Shown piece after piece: positions 33,660 through 44,800 of a stretch of 64,000 nucleotides of DNA. The notes under the pieces are model-generated. The model did no database searches, was not told the DNA's origin, and saw only the letters and a list, made by a program, of their open reading frames with translations. Where the stretch lies: the NCBI GenBank assembly GCA_963575745.1, contig CAUYUJ010000225.1:124001-188000 (forward strand), in the 5' to 3' direction. The position numbers and the translations under genes are program-made. Numbering within the stretch: position 1 is the first letter of the stretch; each line of letters begins with the position of its first letter. Source of the DNA: Prorocentrum cordatum. Its lineage: Eukaryota.

Positions 33660-36404
33660 TTTCCCTGGGGATATTCGTGGAGAGGAGTGGGGAAACGTGG
33701 AGTACGGGGACGAATGCGGAAAGGTTGGGACGAGTATGGGGGCATGAAAAGGAGATTGGTGGCGAGAATTTTGATTGGGTGGGAAGGAGCAGGAACAGAG
33801 GAGCGGAGTGGAGTGGAGTGGAGTTGACTGGAAAGTAACTGAAATTGATTGTGGAGGAGTGGAAGACGGGAGGGATTGTGGGTTGGATAATCGAAAAGAG
33901 CGCAAAATAATGCGGAAGTATAGGGGTGGGGAGGGGTGGAGAGGAGTGGGGAGGAATGGAATGGACTGTGCAGGAATGGGGAAGAGTGGAGTGGAGTGGA
34001 ATGGTGAGGAGGGAAGAAGTGCATAGAAGTGGGGATGAGTGAAGTTGGGTGGAATAGGGCGGGGAAGAATGGGGAGGAGACGGAGTACAGTGAAAGAGAA
34101 CGCACGCGCTATCACACAGACTGGTTGCACACATGCATGCAGGGCACGATCGAAGACGAAGAGGGCGGGTATCGAGTGTTTGGGATGCACATGTTCAACG
34201 GAACTCGAGCATAGGAAAGCGAACAAGTGTAAGATGATTGGTGTTGCTGGTGTTGTGAGCCTGGGACCAGGGGCAAAATATGAGGCTCAAGACTTTCCCT
34301 GCTAGGCTGCGAGCCGCGGGAGGAGCACTTTCATTGAAAAGTGCAAGGCGCACTGGAGAGGGGGATCAACAACACATATTCTTTAGACATGAGAACTCAA
34401 TAACGCAGCACCAGCAGCAGCAACACCACACACCAACAACTACACCAGCAGCAGCAGCAGCCCCAACAACAACACCAACAGCAGCAGCAGCAACACCAAC
34501 ACCAACAACACCAACAACAGCACCATCAGCAACGACAACAACAACAATCATGTTAAGACTGTTCGCACTTATGTGCTCGCGTACCATTCAACACAATGTC
34601 TTTCTTGTCTGCGACGTGTATTTCGTGCAGCACCTCAGGCAGGGGAAGAGAGGACGGATGGAAGGAAGGGACAAGGGGGAGAGAGGAGGATGGAGCACGA
34701 GAGAGAGAGAGAGTAGCAGGAGGGGGGCTAGGAGCAGAACACACGTGGCAAAACCAGATGGGCAGATCGAGCGGATAGACCCTAACAGGCGGGCTTAGGT
34801 GGCCAGGTCGAGCAGGCGGGTTGCTGAAGCGTGCGTCCTGCATGAATCGGGAGGAAGCCTTGAGCGACAGCGCGATTCCAAAATAAATCTGGTGAGGATA
34901 TCCAAAGCGCAAGCGTGATTCATGAGTGTCGAGGGCGCGGCGCCTGAATCAATTGCGAGGAAGGTCCCAAGCGACAGCGCGATTCCTGAGTGTCGAAAGC
35001 GCGACGCTGAATAAATTGCGAGGAAATAACAGGCGAGAGCGTGATTCTGCGAAAACGCTGTAAGGAAATCCTTAGCGAGAGCGAGAGTCTTCAATGCATT
35101 GCATGGAAGGATCAGGCGGGAGCAGATGTTGTTGTAAACCGGAGGCCAGGGGCGCAGTTTGAGCAGGAAGATCTTCTTCGGTAAAAACACAGCGGGCCCC
35201 GGGAGGAGCACCTCAATCGAACAAAAACACGTATGTTACGCGAATGCGTGAGTCCTGCGCAAATCGCCAGGAAGTCTCGGGCGAGAGCGCGATTCCCAAG
35301 TAAAGTACGAAAGGGGCCCCAAGCGAGAGCACGATTCCTGAATAGCGAGGGCGTGGCGCCTGAATGCATTGCGAGGAAGTCACAAGCGAGACCGCGATCC
35401 TTGGATAAATTGCAAGGGGATCCCTAGCGAGAGCGGGGGTCATCAGCAAATTGCGAAAAAGTATCAGGCGGGAGCCGCTGTTGTTGTAGTCCGGGGGCCA
35501 TGGCCGCAGTTTTAGCAGGAAGATTTCCCCCTGCAGCAAAAAAAAGGTGCGAGCCCCAGGAGGGGCATTTCAATCGAACAAACACATGTGTTACCAGAGG
35601 GGGGATCAACAACAGTAACTATTCTTCAATCGTGAGAAGTCAACAAAGACAACGACACCAACAACGACAACCACAACAACATCAGCAGCACCACCACCAA
35701 CAACAACAACACCAGGTGCAACAACAAACACAACAACACCAACAATAACAACACCAACAACAACAACACATACAGCACTTACCACAACAACACCAACAAC
35801 AGCAATACCACCAACAACAATACTTACAACAACAATAACAACATCAATAACAACACCAATAACACCAACAACCCGGTTACTGCTGTTCCATCTTACCTGC
35901 TCGAATGTCATCCAACGTGTATTTCCCAAACCCTCGATACCCGCCTCTTTCGTTTTCGATCGTACCCCTTTTGGGGGGTATATCTTTCTTCCCTGCAGGC
36001 CGGGCCCCGGCAAGCGGCGGGGCGGCCGCGGACCGTCGGCCTGGCCAGCGGCAGCGCTGATCGGCAGCGGCCCGACCCCAACAAGGACGGACAGGGGACC
36101 GACCGCGACGACGACGACGACGACGACGAGCGAAAGCGAGAGCGAGAGCGGGGCCACGAATGGCAGGAAGGGTACTCAGGAATCGCGATCTCGCTTGGGA
36201 CGTCCTCACAATTAACTAAGGAATCGCTCTCTCGGGGTTCTGAAGCCGCGCTCTCGCTGGAGACGTGCTTGCAATTTCCTCCAGAATCGCGTTTTCGCAT
36301 TGGAATTTCCTGCCATTTACTCAAGCGCCGCGCTCCCGACACTCAGGCATCCAGGAGTCGCGCTCACGCTTAAGACTCTTTCACAGCTTACTTAGGATTC
36401 GGGA

Positions 36405-36930
36405 TCTCGCTGCCCTCCGTGGCCACGTTGCAGCCCTTCGTGGCCCCCTCGCTGCCCTTCATGGGCCCGTTGCTGCACTTCGTGGGCCCGTTGCAGCCCG
36501 TCGTGGCCCCCTCGCTGCCCTTCGTGGCCCCATCACTGCCCTTTCGTGGCCCCCGCTCGTTCGCGCCCGTCGCGGCTCCATATATGTATGCCCTTCGTGG
36601 CCCCGCTGTCGCCCTTCGTGGCTACCTCGCTGCCTCTCGCTGCCCTCAGTGGCCCCGTCCTTGCCCTCTGCGGCCCAGTATACGCATGTCCTTCGTGGCC
36701 CCCGCTCCTTCGTGCCCGTCGTGGCCCCATATCCATGCCCTTCTTGGTCCCGCTGTCGCACTATGTGGCCCCCCCGCTGCCCTACGTGGCCCCGTTGCTA
36801 CCCTCAGTTGCCCCGTCCTTGCCCTCTGTGGCCCCGCATTATCTGCCCTTCGTGGCCCCCCGCTCGTTCGCGCCCTTCGTTGCCCCATGCGCATGCCCTT
36901 CGTGTCCCCGCTGTCGCCCTTCGTGGCCCG
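36405..36930 (-). repeat. ~20-21 bp minisatellite (GGGGCCACGAAGGGCAGCGA), reverse orientation
   Basis: Repeated cccttcgtggcccc units. Confidence 0.9.
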
Positions 36931-37471
36931 AGGAAGTCTCAGGCGGGAGTGTGGGTCCTGGCTAAATCGTGAGGAAGTCTTAATCGGGAGCCGTTGTGGT
37001 TGTTGTTGTAACCCTGGCGCCACGGGCATAGTTTGAGCCTAGTGCGTGTTATTGATTTTTTGTTTTTAAAGCAAGGATGCGCGCCCCGGGGGAAGCACCT
37101 CAATCGAAAAAAACACAGTGGTCACCGGAAGGGGGGGGGCCAACAATAATCAGTCTTCAATAATGAGAATTCAACAACCATCATTTTAAGACTGTTCGCC
37201 ATTATCAGCTCGAGGGTCGTTCAACGTGTGTTTCCAAACCTTCGATACCCGCCCTCTTCGTCTTCGATCGTACCCCTTTTGGGGGGGTATATCTTTCTTC
37301 CTTGCAGGCCGGGCCCCGGCAAGCGGCGGGGCGGCCGCGGACCGTCGGCCTGGCTAATGGCAGCGCTGGTCGGCGGCAGCCCGACTCCAAGAGGGACGGA
37401 CAGGGGACCGACCACGACGACGACGACGACGACGGCGACGAAGACGACGACGAGCGAAAGCGAGAGCGAGA

Positions 37472-38322
37472 GCGGGGCCACGAAGTACAGGAAGGGGGTC
37501 ACGAAGGGCGACAGCGGGGCCACGAAGGACATGCGTATGGGGCCAGGAAGGGCGCGAACAGGCGGGGGGCCACGAAGGGCAGATAATGCGGGGCCACAGA
37601 AGGCAACGACGGGGCCACTGAGGGAAGCAACGGGGCCACGTAGGGCAGCAAGGGGGTCACGAAGTGTGACAGCAGTGCCACGAAGGGCGTGCATATGGGG
37701 CCACGACGGGCGCGAACGAGCAGAGCCACGAAGGGCATACGTATATGGGGCCGCAGAGGGCAAGGACGGGGCCACTGAGGGCAGCAACGGGGCACGAAGG
37801 GCAGCGAGGGGGCTACGAACGGCGCCAGCAGGGCCACAAGGCGCATGCATATGGGGCCACGACGGGCGCGAACGAGCGGGTCCACGAAGGGCATACATAT
37901 ATGGGGCCACGATGGGCAGCAGAGGGGCCAACGGGGCCACGAAGGGCAGCGAGGGGGCCACGAAGGGGCGCAACGGAGCCACGAAGGGCAGCAGAGGGGG
38001 CCACGAAGGGCTGCAATGGGGCCACGAAGGGCAGCGAGGGTGCCACGAAGGGCTGCAACGGGGCCACAAAGGGCAGTAGGGGGGCCACGAACAATGGGGC
38101 CACGAAGGGCAGCGAGGGGGCCACGAAGGGCTGCAACAGGGCCACGAAGAGCAGCGAGGGGGCCACGAAGGGCTGCAACGGGTCTGCGAAGGGCAGCGAG
38201 GGGGCCACGAAGGGCTGCAACGGGGCCAAGAAGGGCGACAAAAGGGGCCACGAAGGACTGCAACGGGTCTGCGAAGGGCAGCGAAGGGGCCACGAAGGGT
38301 TGCAACGGGGCCACGAAGGGTA
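37472..38322 (+). repeat. Same ~20-21 bp minisatellite, forward orientation
   Basis: Repeated ggggccacgaaggg units. Confidence 0.9.
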
Positions 38323-39239
38323 GCGAGATCCAGATTCCCAAGTAAGCTGTGAGAGAGTCCGAAGCGTGAGCGCGACTCATGGGTGCCTGAAAGTCGGGAG
38401 CGCGGCGCTTGAGTAAATTGCAAGGAATTCCAACGCAAGAGCGCGATTCCCTGGTAAATTGCAAACGAATTTCCAGCGAAAGCGCGACTTCAGAGCGCCG
38501 AGAAAGCGATTCCAACTTGTCAGGAGGTCGCAAGCGAAAGCGCGATTCTCAATTCTCGCTCTCGCGCGGGACTTCCTCACAATTCATGTGCGCATCGCGC
38601 TCTCGCGTGGGACTTCCTTATACTTTACCCAGACGATGCGCCCTCGGCGCTCAGGAATCACGCTCTCGCTTTGGTTTTTCATGCGATTTACTTGGGAATC
38701 GCGCTATCGCTCGAAACTTCCTCGCGATTCATGCAGGACCCCACGCTTCAGCAACCCGCCTGCTCGACCTGGTCGCCTGGGCCCGCCTTCCCGACCTGCC
38801 CGCTATGGGTCTGCCCACCCGATCTGCCCGTCTGGTTATATCACTTGTTTTCTGCTCCTTGCCCTCCTCCTGCTGACTGCTCTCGTGCTCCATTCTTCTC
38901 CCTCCCCCTTCCACCCGTCCTCTCTTCCCTTGTCTTAGGGGCTGCACTAAATGCCCGTGGCAGGTAAGAGTACGATCGAAGACGACGAGGGCGGGTACCG
39001 AGAGTTCGGGACATGTGTATGGACTGGCACGTGAGCAGATTGGGGCGAAACAAATTATAATGATTGCTGTTGGTGTTGTTAAAATGCGGGGGCCAACAAC
39101 GTAGTTTGAGCCTAGGGACTTTCCCTGATAAAAACAAGGTGCGAGCCCTGGGGGAAGCACTCCAATGAAAAAACACGATGGTCACCGGAGGGGGGATCAA
39201 CAATCATTTTTCTTCAATCGTAAGAGTTCAGCTCCCTCC

Positions 39240-39317
39240 ACAACCACCAACAACACCAACAACCCCAGCAACAACAACAACAACAACAACAACCACAGCA
39301 CCAACAAAAACAGCAAC

Positions 39318-39349
<32 letters not shown>

Positions 39350-39383
39350 CCCCAAGACCAAGACCAACACCAACACCAACACT

Positions 39384-39415
<32 letters not shown>

Positions 39416-39416
39416 G

Positions 39417-39475
<59 letters not shown>

Positions 39476-39485
39476 CGACAACAAT
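39240..39485. repeat. (AAC)n microsatellite
   Basis: Direct reading of the sequence. Confidence 0.95.
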
Positions 39486-39809
39486 CCGCACCGCAGAACC
39501 CCGCTTCAGCCACGCGCCCAGGGACAGTGACTGACCGTTCGCCCCCCTCACTCTGAAAAAGAGAGCACACGCACGCCTCTAAGGGGCCCCGGAAACGGCA
39601 GGGCCGTTTTTTCATCGTTTCCGAAAAAGTGTCTCTTGAAAACGCAAGCGGCCCCAAAACGGCGACTGGAAACGGCAACAAGAACGGCTCCAGGATCAAC
39701 TGCGACGGGACCGGCACAAAAAACGGCACGCCTGCACTTTAAGTCGGGCATGTCCCCCTACAGGGGGATTTTCGACGAAAAATAAAACATAGGCAAAAAA
39801 GTGCCAATA

Positions 39810-40096
39810 CCGTACGTCGACGAAATGTTGCACCACTTTTGCCGCGCATTGTCAGCTGTATTGCATTGCTCCTCCCCCCCCTCCCCCTGATCTTAACATT
39901 GGGCACACGGCAAAGGTCCCTTGGCGCCCCCCCCAGGGCTCGCGACAGAATGTTGCACCACCGAGCCGCTTCGGTGAACCCGGGACCGCAGACGATGTTA
40001 AGATTGGGGGAGGGGGGGGTGGAAGCGAACATCCATTGCAAAATCGGCTTCCTTTCTTGACACCACCAGGTGGTGCAACATCTTGTCGATGTACCG
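39810..40096. mobile_element. ~290-bp MITE, copy 1 (TA TSD)
   Basis: Imperfect TIR CCGTACGTCGACGAAATGTTGCACCAC / GTGGTGCAACATCTTGTCGATGTACCG, TA on both sides. Second copy at 50589-50879. Confidence 0.88.
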
Positions 40097-40469
40097 TATG
40101 GTCAAACAGAAACCCAACCCTGAAATCCGCCGAAGTTTCTTGGCCCAGGGTTGGGTTTCTTGGCCCAGGGTTGGGTTGAGATGGCGGCGACCAGCCCCGC
40201 CGAACGCAAGCTGAAGAAACCCAGGGAACCCTGACGAAACAGAGGGTGTTTCTTGACATGCGTCCCCACTGTAAGAAATACGCAAAAAAAAAGCTCCCAA
40301 ATGGTCAAACCATTCCGAAAAAATAGCCCTACGCTTTCGGAGCTCCGCGCGGATCTCCCGGATCGGCGCCGGGCTCTCCCCTCCTCCTCAGCGCGCGGGG
40401 CGCGCCACGGGCGGCGCCAGAGGCACCCCCAGGGGGGCCCCAGCGCCGACCCAGGACATCCTCGGGGGC

Positions 40470-40757
40470 TTCCTGCTCCTCCTCCTCCTGCTCCTCCTGC
40501 TCCTCCTCCTCCTCCTCCTCCTCCTCCTCCTCCTCCTCCTCCTCCTCCTCCTGCTCCTCCCCCTCCCCCTCCCCCTCCCCCTCCCCCTCCCCCTCCCCCT
40601 CCTCCTCCTCCTCCTCCTCCTCCTCCTCCTCCTCCTCCTCCTCCTCCTCCTCCTCCTCCTCCTCCTCCTCCTCCTCCTCCTCCTCCTCCTCTCCTCCTCC
40701 TCCCTCCTCCTCCTTCCTCCTCCTCCTCCTCCTCCTCCTCCTCCTCCTCCCTCTCCT
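40470..40757. repeat. (CCT)n microsatellite
   Basis: Direct reading of the sequence. Confidence 0.95.
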
Positions 40758-41279
40758 GATTCCAACTCCCTTCTTCCCCCAGCGACTGCGAGAGCACGTA
40801 GCCAGAGCGCTCGGCCGAACTGTGCTCCTTGTCAGACATACTGGGGAACCTCATTGGGCTTCTTGGGGGCTCTTCGGAGCGTCTGGCCCCGACCCTCCCA
40901 GCACCTCTGGCTGCCACCTTCATCATGCAGATTTTCCTCCCGGGTCGGCGGCACCGGCCGTAGGGCTTTCTCACAAATGGCGGACAACGGAGAGCCTATG
41001 TTTATGTCGTTGTGCTCTTCTTCGGAAGAGGGGGCCCTGGGACTCGCCGCCCAAGGCCGTGGCTCTTGGGCGCGACGGGGGGGGGGCGTGCGGGGGGGGA
41101 AGCTATGAAGGGGGGAAGTCAGGAAGGGATTTGATAAATCCGACCTTGCAAGTTCTTCGTGACCTACCTCCGCTTTCCCTCTGCTCCACTTGCTGCTGCT
41201 GCTGCCGCACAATATCCGCCTTTTCCTCCTCCTCATCCTGCTCCTCCTCCTCCTCCTCCTCCTCCGCGTCTTCTTATGA

Positions 41280-41292
41280 TCATCATCATCCA

Positions 41293-41366
<74 letters not shown>

Positions 41367-41440
41367 CCATCAGCAGGAGCAACATCGGCAGCACCAGCAG
41401 CATCGTCGTCGTTATCATCATGAACAGGATTTCCCCCCCC

Positions 41441-41538
<98 letters not shown>
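41280..41538. repeat. (CAT)n and (CA)n microsatellites
   Basis: Direct reading of the sequence. Confidence 0.95.
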
Positions 41539-41539
<1 letters not shown>

Positions 41540-41835
41540 CGCGTGCGAGCGTTCGTTGTCGTCTGCCCAGTCAGTCCTCTCCCCCCTCCTCCAGCACACA
41601 GGCGACGGGCCCTGGTCTTGTTCCTCCACCCTCGGGCGCCGCACGGGCCCCGGAGCCCTCTGCGGGCCCTGGGGCGATTACACGTACATTATTTTTAGGT
41701 CGCAGCGCGGCAGAGGCCATCCGCACGCGCCTCCAAGTGAAACCGGGGCACGGAGTCGCGAATTCACCCGCATGCGGGAGGAAAAGGAGGAGGAGGAGGA
41801 GGAGGACGAGGAGGAAGAGGAGGAGGAGGAGGAGG

Positions 41836-44800
41836 TAAGCCGGTCGGTCGGTCGCTGCTTCGGGCCTCGGGTCGACAAGGATCAACCACCACTAGACACA
41901 TCAAGGGATTCGATATGTACGACCTGCAGTGCGCGCTGGACTTCACAAATCAAGGCGTGCCCTCCCGTGGGAGCCCCGAATTGTCTTCGCTCTACCATCT
42001 GCGGCGAGACTCGAGAAATTTGATTTGCTCTGGTAAGCTGAACTTCGAACATCGTTATACATCAGCTGTGCTTCTACGTTGCTGCATTCTGATATGCTGT
42101 GCATGTATGCTGCTAGCGCTGGCACCACGTCGCGGACAAGAGGGGCAAACATTTACACTGCCAAGGAGGGGAGGGACAGCACGGTTCGACGCAGGAACAA
42201 AACCATCGGGACCATGCTTGGGGCAACCCCAGCAATGGACCGATTGCTCATTGTCTCCGATGGTAAATGCGCCTGAGACTCTGCTGCGTGGGCGGGGGAG
42301 AACGGAAAAACAATTCTCATTCACCTGGCGGCGCCTGCCGCTCTCTCCTCCGCCGGCGGTCCCGCGCGGGCCGCCGTTCGCGCCCCGGGCGCCCGCGTCC
42401 GCCTCCGATTCGCACCCCGCAGCCGCGCTGCCCTGCGCCGCAGCTGCAAGCGTACAGCCGTTCCTGGCGGCCCTTGGGGCCGACTCCTGGCTTGATCTCC
42501 GAGCCCAGCTGCTCGGCGCACATCGGGCAGCTCTTCTCGACCCCCACCTCGTTGATGCACGGCGCGATATTCGCGCTGCCCCCCTGGTGGCACTGCGAGA
42601 CGCGGGAGCCCCTGATGAGGAAAGCCGAGTCCTGGATCGCCATGGGCTCCAGACGCGTCCAGATCTCGAGCCAGGCGCCCTCGTTGCGCATGCCGACTCT
42701 GTCGCCTGCGTCCTTGATCGCGCGAGCGACCTCGAGGGACGCCCGAACGCAGGCGGGCCCCATGATCAGCTCGGGCGCCCCGTGCAGGTCGGGGCCCGCG
42801 CGGCGCTGGCCCCGCAGCTTCTGCGCCCCCAGCGCGCAGGCATTCCCCGCGGTGAAGCCCGCGACCGCCAGCGGCGAGCCCTCGCCCAGGATGAGCGCGT
42901 GGTAGGTCGTCGCAAAGAGCCGGCGAGCGCTGCAGCTGTTGCCCAGCGCTGCACGAGCGAGCGCACGGGGCCAGCCGCAGCGCCATCTGCATCTCCATGG
43001 CAGGCAGCTTGTCGAGCGCGTCCTGGGGGGGCCCGTAGGTCTTCGCGATCTCGCCCTGGGCCCCCGAGCGGCCGCCCTGCTGCCAACTTGGCGCGGCGAC
43101 GCCCCTCGGGGCTGCCTGCGATGGCGCGGCGGCGCCGCGTGCATCGCTGCTGCGGCCTCCCCCCGCGCTGCGGCGAGCGCGAGCCCCGCGGGCGGCGCCC
43201 GCGGAGCCATCGCGGCCGCCGCGCACTGGCGCGGCTCGGCGGCCGCGGGGGCGAGAGCAGCCCTTGACGCCCTGCAGCGCCTGCGGGCTCAGGCGAAAGG
43301 CCGCGGCGGCCATCGCCGCCCGCGGGGGCGCGCCTGGGCGCGGGCCCAGGTGCGCGACGCCCGAGCAAGTGCGCGCGCAGAGCTGCGAAGACCTAAGGGC
43401 TCCCCAGCAGAACGGGCGAACTCCAAAGATGAAGAACCAATGGGCAGAGCTGACGCCGCGATCGAGGCCAGGGGGCGCGTCGGGGACTGGGGCCCCTCGA
43501 CCTCGCGCCAGTCGGGGGGCCTCTGGATGGGGCAGCGCCGAGCCCAACAGGCGGCGACGGCGCGTTCCTGGGCTATCTGTCGAGGCCTGAAAGCCCTGGC
43601 ACAGAAGACGCATTGGTTGGTGACATCTATGGGGTGGATGATGGAGCGACAGCCGTGGCTATACTTTCTCAAAAGCTTCTGACGCGCGGTCGGCGCTAGG
43701 CGAGTCGCAAACTCGCGCCCGCGCGGAGCACCCATCAGCGCCCAGCAGCTCGCAGCGCCACGGCGCCGTCGGCGGCACGGGGGGGGGCCCTCAGCAGCGG
43801 ACGGCGGCAGCCAGCCAGGCGGCGGAATCGCAGCCGCGCGTGCCTGCGCCCGCATCGGCCCGAGATTCAGCGCCAAGTAAGTCTCGCGGAGCACCTCGCT
43901 AGGGAACAACGCAATGACGCTGGGCGCTCCTAGCAGCGTCTGCAGGTCCTCGCGCAGCTCGGCGGCCTCCGCGGTCTCCAGCAAAGACTCTGCATCGGCC
44001 ACGAACCGCAGCGCGCGCGAGTTGGCGTCCTTGGAGACCGATCCGTCGGAGTTGAACGTGGGCGCGGGTTCCAGCGGCAGCTCGCCGAAGACCGCGGCGA
44101 GCCCCCGAGGGCGCTGGTCAGGGCGGCGAAGCCACCGTTGATACTGACGAAGGCGCGGGGCGCAACGCTCCACCTCTGCAGGCGCCAGGCCGAGCCGCTT
44201 CAGCACCGCTGCGTCAGCTGTCGCCTTGTAGCGCAGTAGGGGCTTGCCGTAATCGTCCAGCAGCCGTTCCCCGTCGTCGCTGAGGATCGGGATCTTCTGG
44301 CAGGCTGCCCCAGCGAGCACGCGGCGGCCCAGGTTGTCGAGCGCGCTGTCGACCTGCAGCTGCTGCGCCGCGCTGAGCGCTGGGACGTCCAGGCCGCTCA
44401 GCGCCGCCTCCTGCGCCGCGGGGCCGAACGCGATCCGCGTGAGGCACCAGACGCGGCTGCGGGCCCAGGAGCGCCCCATGCTAGAATATCACCTACGGGC
44501 AGCTTGCAGATGTCGACGAAGCTCGGTCTGCGCACTGCCCGCTATATACGTCTGGAAACCGAAGGACACGTTGTCGCGATGCACGACGCCAGCAATGGCC
44601 TCGGCGCCGCTGAACAGTTGTCGAGCCTCATGCTGTGAGCCAGGACCGACGAAGCAGGGCGATACCGAACTCTTAGACGGATTGCGCGTGTAGCCATAGG
44701 GTTGCAGAGCACGCTTCAGCTCGCGGTGCGAATGCCGCGAGACGAGGCCCGCGTTCCTGGCCGAGATGACGACGCTCGCGCGGTCGGCGCCGTCCGCGTA

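Larger units (their letters stand above)
34141..39240. repeat. Composite of direct and inverted segmental repeats of one element family
   Basis: The motif ACGATCGAAGACGAAGAGGGCGGGTATCGA occurs at ~34146 (+), ~35933-35965 (-), ~37242-37273 (-) and ~38972 (+). 35900-36170 is repeated at 37209-37495. ~34620-34900 is inverted at ~38680-38950. Confidence 0.8.

Noticed and set aside
30902..34105. 1067-aa ORF as a single protein with a poly-Asp tail
   Set aside because: Only 33580-32138 is genic. The rest is read-through into TIR and (CAT)n sequence, or upstream low-complexity DNA.
36265..38533. Repeat proteins (AALRGP/PFVAP)
   Set aside because: These are translations of a 20-21 bp minisatellite, open in many frames on both strands.
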